Source: a virus
Taxonomy: Duplodnaviria; Caudoviricetes
Direction: 5' to 3' (one strand)
DNA length: 64,000 nt
Virus record (IMG/VR): IMGVR_UViG_3300007214_000006
Program-made: the position numbers and the translations under genes
Shown: piece after piece, positions 1 to 9,207 of the stretch
How positions within the stretch are numbered: the first letter of the stretch is position 1
Layout: every line of letters begins with the position of its first letter
The notes under the pieces: generated by a model
What the model was told of the DNA's origin: nothing
Seen by the model: the letters and a program-made list of their open reading frames with translations, nothing else
Databases searched by the model: none

Positions 1-15
1 CCTGTCCGCACAGGC

Positions 16-21
16 TATAAT
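16..21 (+). promoter_or_regulatory. Possible sigma70-type -10 box (TATAAT) upstream of ssb
   Basis: TATAAT at 16-21, ~47 nt before the ATG at 68; GAGGAG RBS at 56-61; the -35 position falls outside the window. Confidence 0.3.
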
Positions 22-67
22 ATAACTGTTAGTCAATCGTTTGTTACTTTTTTTTGAGGAGATAATT

Positions 68-433
68 ATGAATATAACTTTGTTAAAGGGTAATCTTGCT
101 AGGGATCCAGAACTACGAACAGTATCAACTGGAGGAAAACAAACCTCTGTTGTTAATTTTACTGTTGCCACTTCTAGAGAATATACAAAAGCCAACGGAG
201 AAAAGGATAAGATTACTTCTTTTATCAATTGCGAAGCATGGGATAGTGGTGCTGATGTTATTGCCTCTTCTTTTAAGAAAGGTGATTTGGTTCTAATAGA
301 AGGTTCTTTGAGGAATGATTCTTGGGAAAAGGATGGTGTCAAGCACAGCACATTAAAGGTTAGAGTAAATAATTTTTCCAAGATTACAAAGCTTTCTAAG
401 AACAATAAATCAGAAGAGGCTGTGGCATTCTGA
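68..433 (+). CDS. ssb: Single-stranded DNA-binding protein
   Basis: MNITLLKGNLARDPELR..NFTVAT..FINCEAWD..KGDLVLIEGSL is the SSB OB-fold; the ATG at 68 follows GAGGAG (ORF track starts at an upstream TTG, 41). Confidence 0.93.
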   Translation: MNITLLKGNLARDPELRTVSTGGKQTSVVNFTVATSREYTKANGEKDKITSFINCEAWDSGADVIASSFKKGDLVLIEGSLRNDSWEKDGVKHSTLKVRVNNFSKITKLSKNNKSEEAVAF

Positions 434-477
434 TGGAAAGATTATCTTATCTAAGATAGCTTTATTAAAAAATAATC

Positions 478-503
478 AGGGGTTGAAAAACCCCTTTTTA
501 TTT
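478..503 (+). terminator. Rho-independent terminator after ssb
   Basis: AGGGGTT-GAAA-AACCCCT 7-bp stem with GNRA loop, followed by TTTTATTTT. Confidence 0.8.
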
Positions 504-521
504 TATATCAATAAATAATAT

Positions 522-2183
522 ATGAACCAGAAACTAAAAATATTAATGTGTTCTGAGGCTAGTTTTATAAATTCTGGCTTTGGTAATTACACTAGAGAGC
601 TGCTAACAAGACTTCATAAAACCAATAAATATGATATAGCAGAGTTTGCTTCGTATGGAATGGTGAATGATCCAAGAGATAAAGATATACATTGGAAATA
701 CTATGCAAATGCTGTAAAAGAAAACGATCCAAGAATGCAGGATTACTCTTCCAGATCAGATAATCAATTTGGAAGATGGCGTTTTGATAAGGTTCTGTTA
801 GATTTCAGACCGAATGTTGTTATAGACATAAGGGACTATTGGATGAACTATTATCAGGCACAGTCATCACTGAGGCCATATTTTAACTGGGTTTTAATGC
901 CAACGGTAGACTCTGCTCCGCAACAAGAACCGTGGATAGATACATTTTTACATGCAGATGCAATATTTACATACTCTGATTGGGGAGCAAAGGTTTTAGC
1001 AGATCAAAGTAATGGTAAAATAAATTATATAGCAACAGCCTCACCAGGAGTAAATCTTTCTGAATTCAAACCCAAACCAGACAGAGAGAAGATAAAACAA
1101 AAATACGGTCTTCCTTCTGATAGTTTTATCATTGGGTCTGTTATGAGAAACCAGAAAAGAAAACTTATACCAGAACTATTTTCTGCATTCAGACAACTGT
1201 TGGATGAACTAGAAAATGACGGGAATCCATTAGCAGATAAAACGTATTTATATTTACATACAAGCTATCCTGATGCTGGTTGGGATATACCGGAATTGTT
1301 AAGACAAAATAGATTATTAAATAAAGTTTATTTCTCATATCACTGCTCTAGGTGTCAAAATACTGAATCTCAGGTGTACACCCACCCTGTAAAAATTTGT
1401 AAAAATTGTATGGAATTATCTAGTAGATTTAGTTCCGTTACTAATGGTGTCTCCAATGAGACTTTGTCTGACATATATAATATGTTTGATATTTATGTTC
1501 AATATGCTATATGCGAGGGATTCGGAATGCCACAGGTTGAGGCTGGAGCATGCGGCGTACCAATAGCCACAGTTAATTATAGCGCAATGGAAGATGTTGT
1601 ACATAAACTAAATGCACACCCAATAAAAATTAAATCATATTTTAAGGAATTAGAAACAAAGGCGATAAGAGTTTATCCAGACAATAATGATCTGAATAAA
1701 TTTATTCTAAAGTTTATGAGATTGTCTAAAAATAGACAAGAGGAAAAAAGAAAAGAAACTAGGCTATTAACAGAAAAATATTATAATTGGGACAATATTG
1801 CTAAGATATGGGAAAATTTCTTGGATTCAGAATCATTGTTTAAAGCAAAAAGAAATTGGTCAGATCCTCCAAAATATTTGTCTTCTATTAAAGAGAATAA
1901 TATATCTAGGGCAAATCATTTTATGTCTACATATACAATATGTGCGAATAATATGGAGGACCCTGATTTTTTTGGTACATCTATATGTTTAGATATGCTA
2001 AGAGATGGAGATTATGGTTTTTCACAAAACGGTATGAGTATTGTTGGAACAGATATCAATCAAACTCAAAAACATCTTCAAATTATTATAGATAATCATA
2101 ATCAGGCAGAGTACGCCAGAAGTAATAATATGAAATTTGATGAAGACTTTATAGAATATTCACAAATCAAGAGTAATACATAA
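522..2183 (+). CDS. GT4-family (GT-B) glycosyltransferase with an internal CxxC..CxxC insertion
   Basis: KILMCSE..SGFG N-terminus; GSVMRNQKRK; intact EGFGMPQVEAGACGVP (EX7E) motif. Confidence 0.88.
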   Translation: MNQKLKILMCSEASFINSGFGNYTRELLTRLHKTNKYDIAEFASYGMVNDPRDKDIHWKYYANAVKENDPRMQDYSSRSDNQFGRWRFDKVLLDFRPNVVIDIRDYWMNYYQAQSSLRPYFNWVLMPTVDSAPQQEPWIDTFLHADAIFTYSDWGAKVLADQSNGKINYIATASPGVNLSEFKPKPDREKIKQKYGLPSDSFIIGSVMRNQKRKLIPELFSAFRQLLDELENDGNPLADKTYLYLHTSYPDAGWDIPELLRQNRLLNKVYFSYHCSRCQNTESQVYTHPVKICKNCMELSSRFSSVTNGVSNETLSDIYNMFDIYVQYAICEGFGMPQVEAGACGVPIATVNYSAMEDVVHKLNAHPIKIKSYFKELETKAIRVYPDNNDLNKFILKFMRLSKNRQEEKRKETRLLTEKYYNWDNIAKIWENFLDSESLFKAKRNWSDPPKYLSSIKENNISRANHFMSTYTICANNMEDPDFFGTSICLDMLRDGDYGFSQNGMSIVGTDINQTQKHLQIIIDNHNQAEYARSNNMKFDEDFIEYSQIKSNT

Positions 2184-2185
2184 AA

Positions 2186-3190
2186 ATGAATATCTTATAT
2201 ATAGGACCATACAGAAATGAATTAGCTGTTGGGCATGCTTCTAGAAATATTATAAATACATTATCCGAGATAAGTAATCTAACAATAAGACCTATATATA
2301 TATCAAATAACAATTTTCCTATGTCCTTAAAACTGGACACTCTGGAACAAAAGGACACAAATAATGATTATGATATTATTATACAACATTGTTCTCCTTA
2401 TTTATTAAGTTCGCTATATGATAAAAATATCAAAGCTAAAAATATTGCTATTCCTATTATAAATAAAACAATCAATAAAAAACAATATGAAATTTTACTA
2501 TCTGATTTTGATAAAATATTAGCAGATGATGCGACTGTTGAATTGATATTAAGGTCTAATTATAGTTTAAATAATGTAGAGCTATTTAGATATAATATAA
2601 TAGACGATAAAAATAAAATACAAAAAATTAATTTAGATATCCATAATCAAAACAAAAAATTCTATTTTATAGGATCATTTTTTAGCAATAAACAGATTAT
2701 AAAAACTATTATCAAAAGCTTTTATTTTACTTTTGGTAATTCTACAGATATGTCTTTGATATTATTTATACTAGAAAATACCGAGGAATCAAAAGCAGAA
2801 TTAAATAAAATAATTGAAAATGTAAAAAAAGAACTAAATATAGTTGGAACAAATTATTGTCATAAAATTATTGTGAAAATATTGTCAGAAAATGACTTAT
2901 TGTCTGCTCATAATTCTTGTGATATATTTATTTCTTTATGTGACTCAGGCATAGAATCTAGTTTTAATAAAACAATAGCATCAACATACGGGAATTATAT
3001 TATAGACGAATCAAATACAAATATGTTCTACGATACCGATCCTGGGTATTTGGATACTTATTATTTTGGAGAAGTGAGATTAACAACGAATATTATCAGC
3101 TTATCTCAATCTATGGTAAATTCCCTTAATTCAACAACAAAAGCCAACACAAATACTGCTCAAACAATAGATAAAATCATATGTCAATAA
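2186..3190 (+). CDS. GT-B glycosyltransferase-like protein, divergent
   Basis: MNILYIGPY start, DIIIQH, FYFIG, HNSCDIFISL; EX7E motif not preserved. Confidence 0.55.
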   Translation: MNILYIGPYRNELAVGHASRNIINTLSEISNLTIRPIYISNNNFPMSLKLDTLEQKDTNNDYDIIIQHCSPYLLSSLYDKNIKAKNIAIPIINKTINKKQYEILLSDFDKILADDATVELILRSNYSLNNVELFRYNIIDDKNKIQKINLDIHNQNKKFYFIGSFFSNKQIIKTIIKSFYFTFGNSTDMSLILFILENTEESKAELNKIIENVKKELNIVGTNYCHKIIVKILSENDLLSAHNSCDIFISLCDSGIESSFNKTIASTYGNYIIDESNTNMFYDTDPGYLDTYYFGEVRLTTNIISLSQSMVNSLNSTTKANTNTAQTIDKIICQ

Positions 3191-4038
3191 ATTACCAAGT
3201 ACACAATATATTACATAGTATTTATTCGAACCAAAGAAATAATCTTAATATTTTTTATACATACAATTTCAGTCTTTTCGATAAAATAATTATAGATATC
3301 CCAGGCATCAATTTTTTGCATAATGGAGTATTTTTGAACTGTCCATTATCTTATGCTTTATGTGTGATTAACGACCCCATAGATTTTGCTCAAAATATAA
3401 ATGCATATAATAATCTATATGCCAATAAAATCATATTTTTCCATGAGGAACCAAATGCTTCCTTAAAAAAAGAAGATTTGTTCCTTTTAAAAAACTCTTT
3501 ATCAAGATTCGAATTGTTCTCTTTTAATAAAAACTATGCTTCTTGGTGCAATCCGAATATAAGATCATTAACATATGGAATAAAACCATACACAAAACAA
3601 ATAAATAAAGATAAGGACATAATTCTGCTGTATTCTAATAGCCATAAACAGACAAAGCTAATATACGATAATCTAAAACAAATATATCCAAATACCAAAT
3701 TGCTAGAAATTAATGCTACACAATCCTATGATGATATTATCGAAATCATATCAGAATACAAAATATGTATAGATTTAACATCATATTACAACATATTGTG
3801 CGCTGTGTCTGTCGGTTGCTATGGTATAACAGGACAAAGGGGGTACAAAGACGAATATATAAATCAAATTAAGGATTATCAAGAACTAATTGATATCATA
3901 AAAAAAATACTATCCCAATTTGAATCAAATACCGACAGTATGCAAAAATATATTGCGGATAATTACTCGTATGAATTTTTTATAGAAAATATCAAACACA
4001 TAGTCACAAATTATTCCAAAAAGGCTGTTATATTATGA
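3181..4038 (+). CDS. Glycosyltransferase-like protein, divergent
   Basis: YDDIIEIISEYKICIDL..CAVSVGCYGIT resembles a GT-B C-terminal domain; cluster context. Confidence 0.4.
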   Translation: MSINYQVHNILHSIYSNQRNNLNIFYTYNFSLFDKIIIDIPGINFLHNGVFLNCPLSYALCVINDPIDFAQNINAYNNLYANKIIFFHEEPNASLKKEDLFLLKNSLSRFELFSFNKNYASWCNPNIRSLTYGIKPYTKQINKDKDIILLYSNSHKQTKLIYDNLKQIYPNTKLLEINATQSYDDIIEIISEYKICIDLTSYYNILCAVSVGCYGITGQRGYKDEYINQIKDYQELIDIIKKILSQFESNTDSMQKYIADNYSYEFFIENIKHIVTNYSKKAVIL

Positions 4039-4460
4039 GCAAAAATATTAATATCGTATTACAGAATACCAATTCTACTTTAGCTGGCTTTGAAAATGTT
4101 TTGATCGATCAGATATCTTCTGTATATAGTTTTTCTTGCGATATAATAAATTGTTCTTTTGCTAGCTTTTTTGATCACTCAAAATTTTGGATAATAATTG
4201 ATATTTTGATAGACAAATTAAAGCCCGGTGGTCAACTTATTATAAACTTATATGATTCACAAAGAATCGCTGCTCTATATGCTAATAATCAAATAAAAAA
4301 TTCGGATTATCTAGCATTAATAAAAAATATAAACAATTGTATATCATTATCTGATATTATTGATTTTATTTCTAACAAAAAAGATATTTCTTTAATAGAC
4401 ACAAAGAAAGATCAATTAATTACCAATATTTCTATAATAAAGAATTTAAATAATGGCTAA
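4035..4460 (+). CDS. Truncated class I SAM-methyltransferase-like protein
   Basis: ILIDKLKPGGQLII motif; no GxG motif I. Confidence 0.4.
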   Translation: MSKNINIVLQNTNSTLAGFENVLIDQISSVYSFSCDIINCSFASFFDHSKFWIIIDILIDKLKPGGQLIINLYDSQRIAALYANNQIKNSDYLALIKNINNCISLSDIIDFISNKKDISLIDTKKDQLITNISIIKNLNNG

Positions 4461-5199
4461 TACTCATTGCAAAGGATGTATTTTTGCTGTGTTAGATCAA
4501 ATAATAGAAAATTCTTGCGAATTCGATATTCCAAAATATATTAAAGATATAAAAGAAATTTCAATCAAAGATAAGTATCTATATATCAGCAATTATAGAT
4601 GTAAGTATGCATTTTCTGAGAATATACTAACCGAAAACCAAATGGATAAAGATTCTATAAAATATACTCTGATAGAAAAATCACACATACAATATTATTT
4701 GGTTGTAGATGCTCGTAATCTATCCTCCACAGAAGATTTTATAAAGCTAGCAAAAGATATAAATAATTTAGATATATCTCCAAAATTAGTATCTATCTTA
4801 ATTACTATCAACGATACTAATAATAGAGAAATCTATAAACAAATATATGAAGCTATCGACAGTAAAATTAAATGGAAATTACATGCTTTTTTGAATAGTC
4901 TTAATTTTAACGAAGCCGGACATATTGCTGCTGAAACTAATATTCAAACAAGTGAATCATCATTAATTTATTTTTGGGATTATTCGTTATCTAATCAAAC
5001 GTCAACCAATAAGAGATTAAATCATGTATTTTTTGTTAGAAATATTCAGCAAAACAATGCCTATGGATTTGAATCCTCTGGGTTTGATGGTTTGTGCATA
5101 CCCATAAGTTTGTATAAGTCTGTAACAACTTTAGTAAACAAAAATATTATCGAAGGTCTGTCTTACGCTGGGATTTCTCTATCAAAATATGACGAATAA
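4453..5199 (+). CDS. Hypothetical protein with Cys-rich N-terminus (HCKGC..C..C)
   Basis: 248-aa ORF translationally coupled within the cluster. Confidence 0.6.
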   Translation: MANTHCKGCIFAVLDQIIENSCEFDIPKYIKDIKEISIKDKYLYISNYRCKYAFSENILTENQMDKDSIKYTLIEKSHIQYYLVVDARNLSSTEDFIKLAKDINNLDISPKLVSILITINDTNNREIYKQIYEAIDSKIKWKLHAFLNSLNFNEAGHIAAETNIQTSESSLIYFWDYSLSNQTSTNKRLNHVFFVRNIQQNNAYGFESSGFDGLCIPISLYKSVTTLVNKNIIEGLSYAGISLSKYDE

Positions 5200-5905
5200 A
5201 AATAAACAAACATTATCTGCTATTATTTTAGCATCGGAAATTACTAAAGGAATGAAATCTGTAGGATCAAAAGCGCTATTGCCGATATATGGATCTGTAA
5301 CCTTGATAGACTATCAAATACAGTCATTAAAAAGATTTTATAATCCAATTCAGATACATATATGTACTGGTTTTGATCATGAAAAAATTGTGAAAAAAAC
5401 ACAAAAGTACAAAGATATAAAATATATTTACAACAAAGATTATGCTATACACAATCAAGTGGATTCTTTATTGTTATGCTTAAATAAATATAATTTAAAC
5501 CATGCTTTAGTTATTAATAATGGTGTTATTATGTCTCAAAAAATTATTATAGATTACAATAACACAGAAATTTTTACTATTAATTCTTCAAAAAAAATAG
5601 AATTCGGTATAGGATGCAATATACAAGATGAGCACACAAACTATTTATTCTATGACTTACCAAATAAATGGATAGAGTGCGCATTTATCAATACCAGTGT
5701 TATAAAATTTCTACTAGAATATTCTAAAATAAAAGATTTATCTAAATTATTTTTATTTGAAGCATTAAATCTTGTATCAGAAAATATACATAGCCTTAAA
5801 ACACAACAAATAGATAAAACCTCAGCAATAAAAATTAATACCATAAAAGACTTATCAAGAGCGAAAAAATACTATGAAAAATATATTTGTTCAAAACAAT
5901 TATAA
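5189..5905 (+). CDS. Sugar nucleotidyltransferase (NTP_transferase)-like protein, degenerate signature
   Basis: SAIILAS..GMKS.GSKALL..TLIDYQI, ICTGF, C-terminal INTIKDL; the canonical LAAGxGxR is altered. Confidence 0.7.
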   Translation: MTNKNKQTLSAIILASEITKGMKSVGSKALLPIYGSVTLIDYQIQSLKRFYNPIQIHICTGFDHEKIVKKTQKYKDIKYIYNKDYAIHNQVDSLLLCLNKYNLNHALVINNGVIMSQKIIIDYNNTEIFTINSSKKIEFGIGCNIQDEHTNYLFYDLPNKWIECAFINTSVIKFLLEYSKIKDLSKLFLFEALNLVSENIHSLKTQQIDKTSAIKINTIKDLSRAKKYYEKYICSKQL

Positions 5906-6581
5906 TAAATTTATTAATAATTTACAAAACATAACTATTCCAAATTTTAATTTTTATTTTAATAAAGTTGAAAATAATTTACATAAATTATTTTTTACAT
6001 TAAATTTAACAGATTATATATTTTGCTCTTCTGGCATTAATGATGAGGTCATCTCTTTCATAAAAGATAATGAAGAAAAAAATATTAATATATATATTTA
6101 TCACGATATATATAATGAATATTTGACAAAAATCATACCTAAAGCTAAACATATTATAGATGAAGAGCATTATACAGATTTTGGCGTCAAATTAAGCAAT
6201 AATATTATTAATACAGATTTATATTATAATGATAAAAATATAGTAAAAAAGAATCAAATTATAGTATTTTTAGAAAAACAAACAGCCATACCAGAAGCAA
6301 TCAAAGAAAAATTATATCCTGATGGTATGAACGTATTAATGTTCAATAGCTCTTCCATCCAGAACGATCAAAATATTGGGTTTTTACTAGAGTCTGATAG
6401 GGCTGATATTCTCAGAAAATCTCTATATTTTGCATGTGATGCGGACTATTATGGCATAGAAGCAAAATTATGTGGATGCGAAATATTAAATATTCATAAT
6501 CTTGATGATAATATAAGCAATAAATATGATACAACAAATTATATAGAATATAGAGAATATGTAAGGGATACATTATCATGA
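5874..6581 (+). CDS. Glycosyltransferase-like hypothetical protein
   Basis: RADILRKS..YYGIEAKLCGCEI resembles the GT-B EAxxCG motif. Confidence 0.4.
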   Translation: MKNIFVQNNYNKFINNLQNITIPNFNFYFNKVENNLHKLFFTLNLTDYIFCSSGINDEVISFIKDNEEKNINIYIYHDIYNEYLTKIIPKAKHIIDEEHYTDFGVKLSNNIINTDLYYNDKNIVKKNQIIVFLEKQTAIPEAIKEKLYPDGMNVLMFNSSSIQNDQNIGFLLESDRADILRKSLYFACDADYYGIEAKLCGCEILNIHNLDDNISNKYDTTNYIEYREYVRDTLS

Positions 6582-7039
6582 AAAGAAATAATGATCTTGG
6601 GTTTTTAATGCCCATACTCGACAATAATCAGTCATGCAACCTAGCGTGTAATACAATCTCAAAACTAATTTTAACAAGACCCAAAAAACAAATATGTATA
6701 TTTAATAGTTATTCTGAAAAAATACAAACCTATAATATACCAATATTACATATTAATCAAGCTAAATTTTTTAGAGGGGATATGGTAGTATTTGATTTAT
6801 ATTGTTTAGAATTATGCGGCTCTTTTTCTTTGTTAGAAAATGTATACTATTATGCTCAAAATATTCCTTGGTCTAATAATCAATCTTTGTATAGACAATG
6901 GAAAAAATTATTTGATAAAAATAATGTCAAAATTATTGCTGCTAACAAATATATTAATGACATGTATAATATAGCATGGTCCAATTCTATAGGAATTTCG
7001 GAGACATTTGATTATGAAACAATCAATAATTTACTCTAA
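6578..7039 (+). CDS. Hypothetical protein, possibly a GT-B N-terminal-domain-like fragment
   Basis: 153-aa ORF coupled to its neighbours; weak resemblance only. Confidence 0.5.
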   Translation: MKRNNDLGFLMPILDNNQSCNLACNTISKLILTRPKKQICIFNSYSEKIQTYNIPILHINQAKFFRGDMVVFDLYCLELCGSFSLLENVYYYAQNIPWSNNQSLYRQWKKLFDKNNVKIIAANKYINDMYNIAWSNSIGISETFDYETINNLL

Positions 7040-7817
7040 TTTAAATGATCAAGAAAAATATAAAATATTACAAGATCTATATATTAACAAAAAAATGAGT
7101 TTTGCAGATATTGCTCGACAATATAATACTTATGCAAACAAAGTTAGAAGAGATGCGATATCTCTAAAAATTAAGATTAGAGATAAATCGGAAGCGCAAA
7201 AAAACGCTTTAAATACTGGCAAGCACAAACATCCGACAAAAGGTACGATTAGGTCTGAAGATACTAAGAATAAAATAGGTAAAGGGGTAATGATTTCATG
7301 GGATAATTTATCAGAATCAGAGATGCAAGAAAGAAAAAATAAAGCCAAACAAAATTGGGAAAATCTTAGCAAAGATGAAAAGCAACATATGCTTAAGCTT
7401 GCTAATAATGCTGTTAGAGAAACAAGTAAAGTAGGATCAAAACTTGAAAAATACATATTGTCTAATCTAATAAAAAATGGATATAAAGTAGATTTTCATA
7501 AGGAACAAACACTATCAAATACAAAGTTGCAGATTGATCTATTTATTTCTAGTATAAATACAGCTATAGAAATAGACGGGCCTTCTCATTTCGAGCCTGT
7601 TTGGGGAGATGAGGCACTAAAAAGAAATATATCTTACGATAACAAAAAAGAAGGATTAATTATTGGTAAGGGTTGGAATCTGATCAGAATAAAACAAACA
7701 AAGGATTTTTCTAAAACCAGGGCTGATTTGATTTGTTTAAAGTTAGCAAATATATTAGCCAAAATTAAATCAGGAAACACATCGGGATCAAAAACTTTTA
7801 ATATAGAGGACAAGTAA
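7008..7817 (+). CDS. HTH/NUMOD3-like DNA-binding region plus DUF559/Vsr-like endonuclease domain
   Basis: MSFADIARQY HTH; KGTIRSEDTKNKIG NUMOD3-like; SKLE..IDLFI..AIEIDGPSHF..DNKK..GWNLIRI. Confidence 0.75.
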   Translation: MIMKQSIIYSNLNDQEKYKILQDLYINKKMSFADIARQYNTYANKVRRDAISLKIKIRDKSEAQKNALNTGKHKHPTKGTIRSEDTKNKIGKGVMISWDNLSESEMQERKNKAKQNWENLSKDEKQHMLKLANNAVRETSKVGSKLEKYILSNLIKNGYKVDFHKEQTLSNTKLQIDLFISSINTAIEIDGPSHFEPVWGDEALKRNISYDNKKEGLIIGKGWNLIRIKQTKDFSKTRADLICLKLANILAKIKSGNTSGSKTFNIEDK

Positions 7818-7820
7818 ATC

Positions 7821-8543
7821 ATGAGCAAAATTAAAAAAGAGACCGCAGAAGTCAAGCCAGATACCCAGGAATCGATCAAAATACCTACATGTAATGATCT
7901 GGAGTGGACCGACTACGTTCTGGGGCTTTTATCCGATGATGAAAAAATAAAGGGCAATCCAACAACAGATGGTCTAAGAAGAATTTTTGAAATAGCATTA
8001 AAATGTACAGTTATACATTCTGATACAACAGTCATCCAATCTCCTTCTCCAGATAACGAAAAAAGAGCCACAGTAACTCATAATTTGACATATGTAATGA
8101 ATGATAAGTCTATAGATGAGGGATTATTAGTTAGATCAACAACAGGAGCTGCGGATGTTTATTGGGGAAATTGCGACAAGATATATAGAAATCATCCTGT
8201 TGCTGTAGCAGAAACCAGGGCGGAAGGCAGGGCTTTAAGAAGAGCCTTAAAATTAAGAAAAGTAGTAGCAGCAGAAGAATTAACAGAAGATACAGAAGAT
8301 CATCCAGATGCTAATTCTGTTAATAAAATTACTAATAATCAAATTAATTTTATTGACGTGATTGCTCAACGTCTTAATATAAATGTAAGCAAACTATTGA
8401 AGCAACAATCTTTGGATAATAAAAATATCTATGATCTTGCTCATCAGGATGCTGTTGACATAATCAGATTATTGTCAAAATATCAACAAACCGTAAGTGA
8501 TATTGCAGAAGATATCATAGGCTATAATAATGAATGGAAATAA
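7821..8543 (+). CDS. Putative Rad52/Sak-like ssDNA-annealing protein
   Basis: GAADVY..HPVAVAETRAEGRALRRAL resembles the Rad52/22-like helix; product is an inference. Confidence 0.4.
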   Translation: MSKIKKETAEVKPDTQESIKIPTCNDLEWTDYVLGLLSDDEKIKGNPTTDGLRRIFEIALKCTVIHSDTTVIQSPSPDNEKRATVTHNLTYVMNDKSIDEGLLVRSTTGAADVYWGNCDKIYRNHPVAVAETRAEGRALRRALKLRKVVAAEELTEDTEDHPDANSVNKITNNQINFIDVIAQRLNINVSKLLKQQSLDNKNIYDLAHQDAVDIIRLLSKYQQTVSDIAEDIIGYNNEWK

Positions 8544-8866
8544 TTATGAAAGTATTTTATAAGGCTAGCGAAAAATTAACCTTTGAACTAGAATCAGAAG
8601 GACAAAAAGAAATATTTAAAGATCTGGCTTTGATACAAGAAATATTCAGTGAGGAAAAATGCGGATTATGCGGAAGCACAAATCTAAAATTTGTAGTAAG
8701 AAATGTAGAAGGTAACGATTACTATGAAATAAGATGCGCTGATTGCGGGGCTGTTTTAGCGTTCGGTCAACATAAAAAAGGCGGCACATTATTTCCTAAA
8801 AGAAAAGATGATGATGGTAACTGGCTCCCTAATAAAGGTTGGCACAAATATCAGAAAAAAGACTGA
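8534..8866 (+). CDS. Zn-ribbon hypothetical protein
   Basis: CGLCG...CADCG. Confidence 0.7.
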   Translation: MEIIMKVFYKASEKLTFELESEGQKEIFKDLALIQEIFSEEKCGLCGSTNLKFVVRNVEGNDYYEIRCADCGAVLAFGQHKKGGTLFPKRKDDDGNWLPNKGWHKYQKKD

Positions 8867-8867
8867 A

Positions 8868-9203
8868 TCACCATTTGTCGATAGGACAATTCTGATCCTT
8901 GTTTGCCAATTTATTCATATAATTTCTATCTCTAGTAATAGCACATCCACATTTTGTGCAAGTATTATTTGTTAGAAATTCGCAAGATAAGCATATCTTA
9001 TATCTTTGCTCTATTAATTCAACGGAGCTTTCTGGTATTAGGGAATGTATGGCTGCTGGAACATGTTCTTTATCTTTTAATAGTGGACTTTTGCAAGGAA
9101 ACATGGGCGGTTCGTTAGAGTCATAAAAAATTACTTTATTTCCGCATTTAGAGCATTCATAATAGTCGTTAACTTTAACAAAATTACAAAATATATCTGA
9201 CAT
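8868..9203 (-). CDS. Small Cys-rich protein (DUF6171-like C-terminus)
   Basis: RYKICLSC..CTKCGC..K..CPIDKW plus an N-terminal CSKC; start moved to the ATG at 9203 to avoid overlapping the upstream gene. Confidence 0.65.
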   Translation of the reverse strand: MSDIFCNFVKVNDYYECSKCGNKVIFYDSNEPPMFPCKSPLLKDKEHVPAAIHSLIPESSVELIEQRYKICLSCEFLTNNTCTKCGCAITRDRNYMNKLANKDQNCPIDKW

Positions 9204-9207
9204 ACTA

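Noticed and set aside
1-14. CCTGT-CCGC-ACAGG mini-hairpin, and the TATCTT/AAGATA inverted repeat at 443-458
   Set aside because: Short stems are expected by chance; the first is cut by the window edge
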